Shown piece by piece: positions 1-13,392 of a DNA stretch of 64,000 nucleotides (the first letter of the stretch is position 1; every line of letters starts with the position of its first letter). The position numbers and the translations under genes are program-made. Under the pieces are notes generated by a model, which did no database searches, was not told where the DNA came from, and was given only the letters and a program-made list of their open reading frames with translations. Source of the DNA: Dimorphilus gyrociliatus (Eukaryota; Animalia; Annelida); NCBI GenBank assembly GCA_904063045.1, contig CAJFCJ010000014.1:1795643-1859642 (forward strand). The letters are read 5' to 3'.

Positions 1-369
1 TTTATTTCTACATTCATTTAGAGTTTATATAAGGCTAATTTCAAGTTCATTTTAAAAAGAATTAGGTAGCGCCACTGTGCAATCTTGGAAACAGATTGAA
101 TGATAAAGTGGATTAGGTGAATAATCTTGGTGAAAAATTCTCTGCGGGCTTTGTTTGTATCATAACGACGGAGTACAAATTTAATAAAAAAGTAAGTTTT
201 AATGATATTTATTGCTTTGTACGATAAATCAATGATAAACTGTAATTAAGAAGTTTTCTATGGCAAAAATTTATAAAATAATTAAAGTTTATTGTAATAT
301 TTTGAGCGATAATAAATATATCAATGATAAATATCTATAAAATAAAAAAATTATTGTCTTAATCAAAAG

Positions 370-3300
370 TGTCGACCGGTCTGGGTTTGTCGACATTGAG
401 GGAAGAAGAGGATGAGATGGAATGGTCGTCAGGAGAAGAAGAAGTATTTTTAAATATTTTTTAATTTAGTATTTTACTAGGACTAATTAAATATTCTTTC
501 AAAAGTATGTTGAAAGTGAATACGAAGCTGATGAAGATGAATATGAACAACCAAATGAAGAAGATGATGATAATGACGGTGATTATGAGGAGAAAATGTC
601 TACATGGCGAAATAAACCTAATCAGTTCGATAATTTATGTGATGGCGTTGTTCAGGCTATAACAATGGTCCATTCAGCCTTAACAGAGGTAGAGTTTATT
701 AATAAATTTTACAAACATTACCTTAATCTTAAACCACCGCATTTTCAGACCCTTTTAATGAAAGATAAACTATTAGAACATCATTTACCTCCGAATGTTC
801 TTGTCGAATTATCCTTAACATCTACAAAATTATATAGAAGGTTGGTTCAATCTCTGGGTAGTTTAGATTGTTTGCTGCTATATTTCTAATTTCTTTCAGT
901 GTTAGTGATATGAACACGCCTGTTTACGAATTAATAAGACTAGTCCGTCTCTACTCTACCCCTTGGGAAGAGAAAAGTGCTGCTTTAAAGAAGTTACATG
1001 AAGATTATGATAGAAAAGCTCGCCAACTAGATGTTGCAGTTAAACGCCTTCAAATGGTTGACGCTCAAGCTCTTAGAATGGCTAGAGAAAGACGCATTCT
1101 TAATTGGGAGAAGCTCTTCTCTAAAATCTCCTGCTCGAAAGGACATGGGAGGAGATGGAAATTTCTTATTGATTCTTTTAAGAAAAGAGTAAAAGAAGGG
1201 TAAATAGTAGTTTTATTAATTTTTTTAAAATATATCAAAATGTGTAATTTACTCTTAAGGCCAGAGTCTTTTCAAGATTATGTAAATACTCTTGACCAAG
1301 ACGATCAAGAAGACTCGGAGGATGAAGAAAATGCCATTTTGGAGGCAGCTGCGGAAAGAATCATTACTCCTAGTGAAGATAAACAAAGTACTGGAAAGGT
1401 AAAAAGCTATTAAAGTAAAAACTATAATTTTTTTAAGTTTAAATTATCTTCACTAGCTGGATAGTGAAACTTTCACAGACAAAAATGATTCAGAGACAGA
1501 AACGGAGAGGGATGGAGAATCGGCAAAAGTGCAATCCGATAAAGTAATTGGCGTTAAATAAATTCATATAATTTAATATACTACTATAACTCATCTGATT
1601 TATTGAAATCGATAGGAAAAGTCACCTGTACCAGAAAAAGTTGTCTATTTTAAGCCTGAAACGAAAGATGCTTGTGTGTATACTAATGAACCGGTCTATG
1701 ATAGAAAACTCCATATCCGTCTCTATAAACCGCAAGATATTACTCAATCACAACTTAAATCGGTTGTTACGTATGGCAGTCAATACTTTAAAACTGGAAT
1801 ATTGGACGTTCCCATTTCACCAGTAAATTCTTTATTGATATTATAGTAACTCTTAATAAAGTGTTTTTTCCTTAATATTTAATCAAAGGAACCGACAGAA
1901 GACGCTGCAGAGCAACAACCTCCACCTCTTCGAAGACCTGGTAGAGGTAGATTAATTGGAAGTAAAAATAGTAAGTTCAGATCCTTCTAATATTGAAATA
2001 ATTTGTAACCTAAATTAAGGATAAGAGTATTTACAGTAGATTAGAATAAGATAAAAGTTCTTAGTTATTTTTACGTCAAAACAATTGTATTTATTTTAAA
2101 TTCAGCTAATGGAGTTCAGAGGCCAACTGCAGCTAAAAAAGATAAGAAGAATTCAAAACGGTAACAGTTCAATATTATTAAATGCTTGTATTCAAATTTT
2201 ACAAAAAAAAATATTTTCAGACATTTTGAAGAGTGCATTCTTTTAGTTAATGAGGAACATGGAGTTACTTGGGTTGATGGTAGAAAAGAGGAAAAATCCT
2301 CTTTTAAAGATAATATAAGGATAGCCCTGCATCATGGGGAAAATGAAGATATGTTTGCTTTAGCAACTGTGGAAATTGAGGAACTAGAAAAGCTAGAATT
2401 ACCTTCCGTTTTTCTCCGACCAGATATTGGAGACGATCCAGATTTGTCAAATCCATCAACATCAACATTTGTATCTTATCAGCAAGAGGAGAAAAAGCGT
2501 CTTGAAAAAGTTCACATTGAAGAAGAAGTTGAAAATTTTGAACCGATGAATTATCCACTTTATTCCATCCATACTGGTCTTGCTGATGCTATGCACATGC
2601 CTTGTGGGCAGCAACCACTTCTTTTCTTTTGGGTTAAAAGAGAAATACCTAAAACTGTTCACAAATTGACAGAAAGCGAGACGGTTGAAGAAATAGTTTA
2701 TGATGTAACCGGCTTCGATATGTCAAAAGTCAGTAAAGAAGACCTTCACCGAGATACGGATTCAGTGGCTCTCTCAGCTCCTAGATTTACACCTGAACCT
2801 GTTGAGGAAACTGTTTCGAAGAATGAATATGAGAAAATGAAGGAAAATTATGAAGAAAAATTCCTACAACTGCAAGAAGAATATGAAGGAAGATTAGAAC
2901 ATCTAGTTAATAGCCTAAATAATTTAAACAATGAAGTAAATAAACCTTCAAAGACGGAGGATGTTCGAACAGCTGTTAGAACTCCTTCTCCAAAAATAAA
3001 AACTACTCTACAAGGTCCAAAGCCCCCAAATATACCACAAAGTACAAGGTAAATCTTATCAACTATACATTTTTTTAAATAATCGAAATTATTACTTCAG
3101 TCCAATTGAAGATGTCCCTAAACCAAGAAGGAAGATTTTGAAAACTGCTCCTCAATATGGTAGTAATCTTCCTAAGAGTGTAAGTAACACATTTATCTTG
3201 TATTTTAAGCATTAAAATCAGATATTGATTTTTATTTCTATTGCAGTTCTTTGAACGGTTAGCACTTTTCCAAGATTTATCAGAGAGACATAAAAAGGAA

Positions 3301-3824
3301 CTGCAGGAAGAGCAATTAAATTCACAGTTTACAGCCAATGAACAGAAATTGGCAGCTGAATTTAAACTTCATAAACCAGGATCAAATGATCTAAATGAAA
3401 ATTTACAAGACGTTACTTTACCGGCAGTCTTTCAAGCAATGCGGGGTAGTAGTATCTATAACCCACGAGCGTCAAAATATTTCCATCCTACTGGAAGTAA
3501 AGGATTACGACTCACTCAGCCACCTTCTATGGTTCAACTTCCACCTCTACCAAAAGGGGTATGTAGTAACGAATTATGTACTTAATTATATTGATGAACT
3601 TCTTTGGTTAACTTATAATTGTATTTTAGCGCCTACCCGTTGTTAACCTATTTGAAATGAATCAAAACTCACACAAAAGTGGCACTGAATGGTTAATTGA
3701 TAGATATATACATCAACAACGAGAGAGGGAACAAAAGGATGATATTTACGTTCCAGCCGAATACGAAAATGATCCTATTGAACCTCAAATTGCAGAAATG
3801 CCCGAAATGACTGAATGTGATTAA
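370..3824 (+). CDS. Multi-exon uncharacterised protein: acidic N-terminus, helical/coiled-coil segment, possible beta-sandwich region, C-terminal coiled coil. 5' end uncertain.
   Basis: ORFs 596-889, 868-1203, 2186-3052 and 3241-3585 join in frame across short GT-AG introns (e.g. 688-748, 840-898). The last exon ends ...EMPEMTECD* at 3822-3824. No family recognised. Confidence 0.75.
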
Positions 3825-4263
3825 AATCAAAAGTGCCTAATAATGTATTTATTAACAATATTTAGGTAAAATTAAATGTATATTTATTATTTTTTGAAAA
3901 TTTTTTGCATGTTTTCTTCCTTTTTCTTTTTTTTAAAGTATTGTATTTAGTGGCCAAATTTTTCGAATAATTTATTTAATTAGTGCCAAATAAACAAAGC
4001 TGTTTTTTTTTGTTTATATAAAAATAATACTTTTATTAAAAATATAAGACACATAAAACCTTTTATTGTCCGCCATCGCAATAGAACATTCTAATAGAAC
4101 AATCAGCGCCATCTTTAGATACGGATACCTTAAAACGTTATTTTGTTCAAGGTAAAGTATTAGTGTCTATAAAAAAAATGATTAACTTATTTGAACAAAT
4201 AAATAATTTCACAAAGTAGTTCAAGGAAGTATGTTTAAAAGTAAAGTCTGTTTGTATCTATGG

Positions 4264-5560
4264 TTAAAAAATAGTTATGTCGACCATTCGGGGTTTATTT
4301 CTCTCCAACTTGTGTCTTTCGTCGGTTATACGTCTTAGATGCTTTATTTCGTGAAGAATTCTTTTAGCGTGATGATCATTAACAATTGGAAGATCCTTGA
4401 TAAAAAACATAACAAAAATAAATATAACGTATTATCTTATTTAGAATCCGTTGGTATCTTATCTAAATGCGATTATTATTTGTATTTCGGATGAAAGTCT
4501 TACCAGGCCTAGATTATTTCGAGTGATCATTTAAGTGGAATAGATAATAAATTAGGTAAAATAGCCGCAAAAAAATAAAATAAAGCGTACTTCAATTATT
4601 ATGTCGTATAAAGACTACATTTTGCCTTTAAACTAATCCTATAGATATTTATGAGAGTAACATATTTTATAATATTTAGCAGATATTATTTAGTTGAAGG
4701 ATACAATTCAAACAGAACAATGCAAAGAATTTATATTTATCTCGCAAGTTATCGTAAAAATTTAAAATAAAGTAGATACTCTTAAACTGCTGTCTCTGAT
4801 ACAAAATAATGTCACATTGATGAACAGACTAATTAAATTGCTAATTTAGCTGTAAGAGATATGTCAACATTTTTCAATCTACTACAAAAGCTTACCTTTA
4901 AATCGTACAACTCTAAAATGAGTAATTGCTTTCCATTAATTTGATATGAAGTAAATAGGTCACAATATTCCTTAAAACCCAAGCTCACTAACCATTCGGT
5001 TACCTCACAAACAGTCCAGTTTTCAACATTTAATACTTTGAAAAAAAGAATCAATAAGATAAAACTTAGCTGTAAAAACGATCAAACTTAAATACTTCTT
5101 ACCTTCAGGTGATTTTGGACGGTCAGATTCATCAGGTTTCTTATGTTTAAACCAGTTACCAATATAGAATTTCCCATGCTTTTTGTGAGAATGATGATGG
5201 TTGGAATGATCGGAATCATTATGCTCGTTGTGTTTTTTCTAATGATAAATATAATAAGACTGTTTAGTTAATAATTGTAAGAATATTTCATATACTTACA
5301 TTATCTTCTAAAATATAGGATTGTATGTTTATACCTTGTCCTTTGCCCAAATTTTCTTCCATTTCTAATTGATTGATACTGTTTTCACGGTTTTGATCTA
5401 AAGGAGTATAGTTGCTTGTTTCAGTTACTATAAAAAGAAAAAGAAATTTATATGGATATACGTATATATATATATATATCGTAACACTGAACAACTCTAG
5501 GTAAGGAACGAGTGCTTGATAACGATAAGTACTTTTCTTATCTAGCAATTTTGTAAAATT
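4264..5560 (-). CDS. SAM (sterile alpha motif) domain protein; upstream exons uncertain and may extend to about 6270
   Basis: Exon ~4895-5035 encodes NVENWTVCEVTEWLVSLGFKEYCDLFTSYQINGKQLLILELYDLK. Splicing across a ~500-nt intron to exon ~4396-4264 (DLPIVNDHHAKRILHEIKHLRR...MVDITIF*) completes a typical SAM fold. A His-rich exon lies at ~5103-5240. Confidence 0.7.
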
Positions 5561-6953
5561 AATGAACCAATCAAGTAAAATAAAAATAAACTTCTCACTA
5601 ACTTATAGATTAAGAAACTTGATGATTGCTTGATATTAGGTAAGATGCTTGTACTAAAATCGATTAATTATTGGCCTAAACATTAAATATTAGGCTTATA
5701 CTTCACAATAATAGTATATAACATAATTAATTATAAAATTGAGATTAAACATTTAGAATTTAGATTATATATTCGTATTATAGAATAATATTTACGATCT
5801 GAACCTATACATTTACTAGGAAAATACCCACTGGTTGTGATATAATATTTGAAAGATATTCAATCGATAAAAATTAGTAAACTGTTTAGCTGAGAATGAC
5901 CTTTATTCTGAGTTGAAACTAGTCAAAACTACTCAACTCTTAGTTTATTAAATAAAATGAGTAAAAAAATATAGATTACTGTATTAAATAAGAAAACTTG
6001 ACAGTATTTAGCACACGTGCTTTGTAAAGGTCAGAGAATCCATGAACACTGATCGCGAAAGTGTAAACAAATTAAAAAAAAAAAATTTCTAGTTTATACT
6101 GGTCAAACCTACTTTTTTTTTATCCAGAAATATATTAGCAGTGCCGTTGTTAACAGAGGAATAGTTACAAATAAGAGAAGCGTAGCACAATATTGCAAAG
6201 TTCTTATTGTTGTATATATTGCATACTTTAGCCCTCTACCGGATTTATTTTTGCTTTCTAAGTAAAAAATTTGTGAATCTAGTTCTGTACTATTTATGAT
6301 AGTTGTTAAAAAACACATGCGTCTTTCTAGTATTCCTTATATAAATATTTTATTGCTAATTTGTTCGTACTTGAGTTATTTTTGTCTTGAATTTTTAAGA
6401 ACTATTATTTGTTATTTTCATTTTAACTTTTTGTTCACTTGTATAATCCATATGATTTTACAAATGACACCACAAATTTGAACATAAAATTTTTGAAAGA
6501 CGGATTAATAAAATAATTCAGTGACCTCTACCTTGCACGCCTATATATTTTTATGTTCAACTGTAATAATCAATATGTTATTTAAAATTTCAAACCTTTT
6601 TTAGCATAATACTTCGATCAAGCAAGATCACACTGCTGGTTAAGGAAAAGAAATTCGTAACAACTATCCATAAATTGCACAATATGACTTCTGGGGGCCT
6701 ATAGTTAAGATTAAACCTTACTCTTACTTTGGTTTAGGAATTAGTAATACAATCTGTTTAAACTTTTTTGCTGAAAAATCACATATTTATAAGATCTTTT
6801 TGGCAATGATAGAAAAAAGAGGTAAGGACAAATTGTTTATTTTACTTCATTCGAGAAAAAAATACATACAACAATTTTTGTTTTTTCAAATTATCAGGAA
6901 TTTAGCAAAGAATACATTACATAGAAAAACTTTCCACATTTATGAACACTAAT

Positions 6954-9063
6954 TTACTCTTTACTACTTGTTTTTGCTGACTTATCAGCTGGAACAGACA
7001 GGTAAAGAGCCTCGTTAATCTTCTTTTTATCAGGATTAATTTTCTTGAGAATATCAGTCAGATGCATAGTAATTTCTTTACTTGTAAGATTTTGGTTCTT
7101 TGTTTTAAACTTTTTAATCAGTTCGGTTGTTGTCATTGGTTTTCTCATGAGATATCGTCTAACATTTTCAACATTTAAACTACTCTCTCCTTTGCCTAAA
7201 TTAGGTGTAGCTACACTAGTACCAGGTGGAGTATTACCGGCTTTCTCGACTTGGGCGATAATTCTCTCTGCACGAGCTTTTTTAGAATTTGGTGGAGGTA
7301 AATCACTATCCGCTTTCCTCTTATTAGTTGCTGCTTCATTATTTGTTGGAGTAGCAGATCGGCTTTCGGGGGGAGTTTTCTTTTTCTTTTGCAAAAGCAG
7401 CGGAGAAGTGACCCCAGCTTCGGGATCAGAATCAGCAGAGTCGTCACTTGAATCAGAACTGCTGCTGGAATCGCTCATCAATTCTTCGCTTCCTACAAAA
7501 TAAATTCAGTTTGATGTTGAATATTCGAGTTAAGTATTTAATATTAACCTTTTTTCTTTTTTTCAGCTTTATTTTTCTTTTCTTTTTCTTCATCATTATT
7601 TTCATCATCTTCAGGCTTCTCTTCTTCCTCTTCGTCATCAGAGTTTAATAATTTTTTCAGTCCGTCCTCATCAGCAACACCGTCCTCCTCATATTTCTTG
7701 GCGTCTTCCTTTCCTCTTTTATCATCATACATATTCTCATCATCACTATCCGTATCAGTCATATAGTCCAATTCTTCTTGCTCTTTATCGCCATCGTCAC
7801 TATCATCCATGGCCTCATCGTCAGAATTCTTCCTCTGAGATTTTTTCTTCTGGACATTTTTCTTTTTCTTCCTTTTATCAGACACACCATCGTCGTTATC
7901 CCCACTTTCCCTATCAGATCCACCCCAATCATCCATTTCCGTAAGCATCTATAGTCGAGATGTAAACATCCACAAAATTTTATAACAAACAATATTTTTA
8001 CTCACCAAATCTTTACCCTTCTTCTCTTTTTCTTTTTCTTCGGTATCTTCTTCATCATTCTTTCTCCGTATTTGACGCAAAACCTTGACAGATAAGCGAC
8101 TTAATCTTTTATCACGACTGAAAACGGCAGTTTGTTTATTCTAAATTCAATGATAAATTTACCAAAAAAAAACGCTTTACTTTAGAAATTCCTCCTCAGC
8201 TTCTTCAGCAGTCAAGTGATTGTATTTTGGACAAGGCTTGAAGATATGCCAATCACTGATAGGGAACGCTTCAAATGCACCATCAGGACACTGAGTGAAT
8301 ATATAATACGATGCATTGTCTGAGGCTCCACCAGCTCGAACGCCTTTGAAACGCTTTTGTCTTTCCTTAGCGCCTAAATTTAAAATCCATGGTTGATCCT
8401 CCGGATTGTAATGTTGTCTTCTAATGCCATATTTTTTTCTTCTTGCTTCCTCCTTCTCTTCTTTACGATATTCACTCCCTTCTCCGAACTTTGGTGCCGA
8501 GTCAATATCATGTGCTTGTTTGTAGGCTTTCAAATTATTTTCACGTTGTATAACGGCCTAAAAGACAAGAAAAAGCATAAAGTTATTGTGTGCCTACCGT
8601 TTCTTAAAGTTATCTTGCTGACGTTTAGTTTTTATAATATTATAAAGATAAGAAAGTTAGCATACATCCCCAAGTCGATTAAAGTCCAAATTACCCGAAT
8701 ACTCAAACTTCATGAGCGAGTATTTTCTTTTGTTGCTTCTGAAAATATAAAAAAAAAGATGTACAAAAATTATCTTGAGCTAAATATTGGAGACAAAAAA
8801 AAAATGGTGGTTAAGTAATTTCCTTTTGAAGTTAACCAATTACTCAAATGACCCAAATATCTAATGGTTATTTTATTAAAATAAACAAACTTAGGTGCTC
8901 TGATAACAAACTCCGAAGTAGTACTGCCGTCGGGGTATTTCAAAACCTTCATACACGGCTTAGGTTGCGTCACAATAGTATTTTGTGTAGGTTGCGATGT
9001 TTCTGGCTTTTGTAGAACAACATAGCTAATATTTTGATTTGTGTTCTTCAGTCTAACAGCCAT
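6954..9063 (-). CDS. GTF2F1: General transcription factor IIF subunit 1 (RAP74)
   Basis: EFVIRAPK, EEARRKKYG...PEDQPW, YYIFTQCPDGAFEAFP, LTAEEAEEEF, acidic/Ser-rich middle, and a C-terminal winged helix (VRRYLMRKPMTTTELIKKF). Confidence 0.97.
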
Positions 9064-9154
9064 TTTAGACTAATTTCCAACTTACACCCCCAGCAATTCG
9101 CCAAAATGTTTCAAACAAGTTGATGTAAACGCAGCTAGTGATTGAATGAAAACC

Positions 9155-9180
9155 ACGCATGCGCAACTTCCGCCATTTTT
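9155..9180. promoter_or_regulatory. Composite NRF1-like (GCATGCGCA) + ETS (CTTCCG) + YY1 (CCGCCATTTT) promoter element upstream of GTF2F1
   Basis: cacgcatgcgcaacttccgccattttt lies ~100 nt upstream of the GTF2F1 ATG. Motif match only. Confidence 0.6.
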
Positions 9181-10104
9181 GCTGCTCAGCTGTACTGAGC
9201 ATCAAGCAATCCTTTAAAAAAATTACAATCTGCCATTGACACTATTTAAATTTTTTAATATTTAATATATGCAATATTTTCGCTGAATAAAGCGATATTT
9301 ACAAGTGATTATTAAAAGGATATAGTATAAAAAATAAACATTTTGGAAAATTAGCCTTTTATCGCTCTTTCGATGAAATAAAACATCATAACTATTTCTT
9401 AATATTAAAGTGTAAAAAAAATTTTTTAACCAAGAAAGAAAATTTACATTTTTTTTAGTTTATGACGTTGAACGTACTGATATTGTGATATAGTTTTTCT
9501 TCATCAGCAATTAAAAGCTTTTTTAAACCTTGAATTTTCTTAATGAAGTTATCATTTAAAGTAAATGTATTTTAGATAATTTATAGAGCTATAATATCTA
9601 CAATTTACTATTTGACTCTCTTTTGAGCCATTGACATTTCTCACAACTCTAAAGAAAGCATGAATTAACCAGAATCTTTATTTAATTGAAAAAGTTTAAT
9701 TCTCTTGTTAAAAACGCTTTATTTATATATAAAAAAAACAACTAACAATAAGCGAACAAGATTTTTAAAAGAACCGCGGACAAAACATTAATACTGAAAC
9801 TTTAGAGATAAACTGGTACAGAAAAGAGTTTTAAAAGCAGTATGCTTTAAAGATGAAAACTGCAATAATGCAGTTGAAATTTTTAATAATTAAAAATTTT
9901 TAAGCTAACATTTTCAATAAATTAATATATTTTCATAATAGTGAGATACTTTAAATTGGCAAATGAATTTTTGGTGGTTTTTATAAAAGTCATTATGACT
10001 CCCAGGAATTAGGCATACCCAGCTTATTTTTCTGATATTTCCGGCTGGTAAATTTTTACCTTTCCTCTATTTGGTCGTTGTTTGATAAAGTAAATTTATC
10101 TACC

Positions 10105-11647
10105 ATGCAAGACGCCATTAATTTAGTGAAAGGAAAATTTTTGGGGATAGCTGAGTCATTTACGCCCATCTTAAAGGTTATATCCATTAAGTAACTCGTA
10201 GACACCCGCAAAAATTCTTATCAAATTTTACCAAATAGGAATCGAAGTTCAAGGAGACAGGTGTTTTGACACCAGAAGAAGTATAAACCATTCTAACCAA
10301 TGAATTTTCCCTAGTTTTTTATGTTAAAAATGCTTTCAGTTTGTAGCAGCCGGCGATCATCTTGTGCATCATTGCCCAACATGGAGTTGGAAGTCTGGAG
10401 AAATATCAAAGCGCAAACCTTACCTACCTGATGATAAACAGTTTCTTTTTACAAAAAATGGTTAGCATTATTTTGAAGTATTTAAACTCTTAAACGAAGT
10501 CAGAGTCACATGATTTGTCACGTAAACACTAATACTCACTTGACTTGAGATTTATATTTGGTTATTTTTCTGGTATATAGACTTCGATTTGATCATAAAG
10601 GTAAAGTTTTTTTTTAATTATTTTTATAGTACCTTGTCATAAGAGGGTAAAACAAATTGAAAACCATCAATCGGAGAATGAAAGAATCATCGAAGAAGAC
10701 GACGAGGATGGCGGTTGGGTTGATACTCATCATCTATCTGACTGTAAAGTATATTACACGCAAATGTAAAACTTCTCTATAAATCATATAATTATTCTAG
10801 CTAGTGACATTGCTGGAGCAACGACTGCAATTGCAGAAATGGGAGTAAATGATAAGGTTTAGACTTCAATTCTTATCCTTTTTTTACAATAATTTTCCCT
10901 CATTTACATAGGAAAGAATTGATCAAATTGCCAATTATGACGACGATGACGACGATGATGATGAAGGATCGGCCGTTGATATGGAAGAATTTGAAAAATC
11001 CGGAAAGCTGGATGAAGAAGAGGATAATGTATAAATATATATGTTATTCTTTAAGTAGAGTGATTAAACATTTAGTATTACTCTTCCTTTTCAGACTATA
11101 TTTCAGTCAAAACCTAAAGAAGAACCGAGCCAATCGACAAGTGGAATTCTGCAGACCAGAACTTACGACTTGTATATCACATACGACAAATACTACCAAA
11201 CTCCTCGTCTTTGGCTTTCAGGATATGACGAAGTTTGTTAAATATTCTTATAATTTGTAATTGATTGTCGATTAACTTTAAATTTTAAAACAGCAAAAGA
11301 AACCGCTAAGCGATAAACAAATGTACGAGGATTTTAGTCAAGATCACGCTAAGAAAACCGTTACTTTGGAAACTCATCCTCACTTGAACGGCGCTTCTAT
11401 GGCTAGTGTTCACCCATGCAGGTTTGTTGTTAACTTTAAACAATTACGACAAACAGCTATAAGGTACAAATTATAAAAATCTTTCAGACATGCTGAGGTG
11501 ATGAAAAGATTAATTGAAAACTGTGCTGAAGGAGGAACTGAATTGGGTGTTCATATGTATTTGATGATATTTTTAAAATTCGTTCAAGCTATTATACCAA
11601 CAATCGAATATGATTATACAAGGCAAATATTCAATATCGGAACTTGA
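10105..11647 (+). CDS. ATG3: Autophagy E2-like enzyme ATG3
   Basis: [24 protein letters not shown]|[14 protein letters not shown]|[17 protein letters not shown]; [11 protein letters not shown]; [21 protein letters not shown]; catalytic HPC; ends [17 protein letters not shown]. Confidence 0.97.
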
Positions 11648-11914
11648 GAGAACTGATGAAATAACAAAAAAATAACAATGAACCTTTTCTCTTCTAGCCT
11701 CATTTTATTTCTTTTTAACAAAATGAAAATAATATATATATATATATATATTTATATATAATAATGCTAATGACATTTTTGCACGAGAATACTAGCAGCT
11801 TTAACAATATACTAGTACTAGAAAACCAATAGATTAAACAATATAAACACGAAAGAAAGAAATAAGCAAGAATTGTAAGAATTTATAATTCGACATCGTT
11901 AACAAAATCATTAA

Positions 11915-13392
11915 CTAACTATCTGCTTTACAGCATTTTGTCCAATCAGTTTTTGGAAATCCTTTGTAAAATATATTCCATAATACTGCAAACGCTACAA
12001 AGAGTAGATATAATACTATGGAAACCCAAAATACAACTCTTTCCCATTTTAATTTCTTTATATTCTTCATTACCGGTATACCAATTAGTAAACCGGCTAA
12101 TGCTCCTCCTAAATGGGCTGCGTAACCGACGTTCGTTGTCTCTTCCAGAAAGTATCGTTTATATACTGCAACACCAATATCCGCACCAGCTGTGTAAAAC
12201 AAAGAACAGAAAATTTATAAGATATGCAAACATACCAATAAAAAATATTGAAAAGCTATCTAAGTGAGTTAATGACAAACCTAATATTGTCCAAAAACCT
12301 AGCCGAACCGGTGCACTTAGCAGGAATTTAACCACCCCGTCCATCCAATCGTGTGTCATTTCTTTCCAATTCTAGATAAGAACAACATATTTTATTTTTA
12401 GCAGTTGTTGGAATTAACAATCGTTAATTAATTTACCATAATAACAATAGCAAAATGAGCTCCTATTAAAGCATAACAACCACCGCTGGCTCCCGCTAAA
12501 AATGTGGTTTGATCAAATACAGTATGGCACAATGACCCGGCTATAACTCCTAAGAAATAGACGATTAACATTCTCCACCATTTATGAACTAATTCCAATG
12601 GAATTCCAAGTAAAAGTTGAAAAATGAGATTGAAAATAAGATGAAGATAGCCTACGTGCATTAGCATGTAAGAAAGAAATCTCCAAGCTTCGTATCTTCT
12701 CGATGGATTAAAGATAAGAGGAGAATCAGTTGGGCAACCGGTATTTGCAGTCACTAATACGAAATGATTATTATTTATGAATATTTCACAATCAAAGAGA
12801 ATGATGTAAATGTGTTACCCGGAGTTCCTCTTTTACTCAGAATAACAGCGTAAATGATAAAGACAATTGTTTCAATAACACTTATTAAAATCATAAACAT
12901 AGGCGGAGGTTTGCAGGTGTAATGGTCGATATAACTATCTACAACGTCTTCACCGTATTCGTTGACGGCTCCTCTCGGTACAACTGTACTAATGGCTCCT
13001 CTAACTAATCTTTGAAATCTCGTTAAATGTCTTTGGCGTAATTGCATCTGTTAAATGAACAATAAACTTATCTTTTACTAAAGAAATATCATCTTTGAAC
13101 ATTACCAATCTAATAAATTCGTTATAGCTAAGATGGCCATCTCTATCGCTGTCAGCCTTTCTGATAAGTTCCCTCATTAGTTGTCTGGGAATAGAATCAT
13201 CATTTTCGAGTAGTTGTTTTCTTATTTCACTTAAAGGTATTCCCCTTGGTCCATAATTTTCAAATATAGGTTTATATTTCTAAATTTAATAAAATTGGAT
13301 AATGAAAATGGCATCTTGATTGTTTTTTTAAAGAGGTCAATTACCCCTTCGAAGTCAGGTCCGAGAGGAAAAGATTCTCCTCTTTCGTCCAT
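11915..13392 (-). CDS. RHBDL3: Rhomboid intramembrane serine protease with N-terminal EF-hand (RHBDL3/Rhomboid-4 type)
   Basis: EF-hand KADSDRDGHLSYNEFIRL (~13100-13160), WR motif (EAWRFLSYMLMHVG), catalytic GASGG and AAHLGG both intact. Confidence 0.9.

Noticed and set aside
7045-7503. 152-aa + strand ORF
   Set aside because: Antisense shadow of the GTF2F1 last exon. The same applies to other opposite-strand ORFs over CCDC65, ABCB1 and XRN2.
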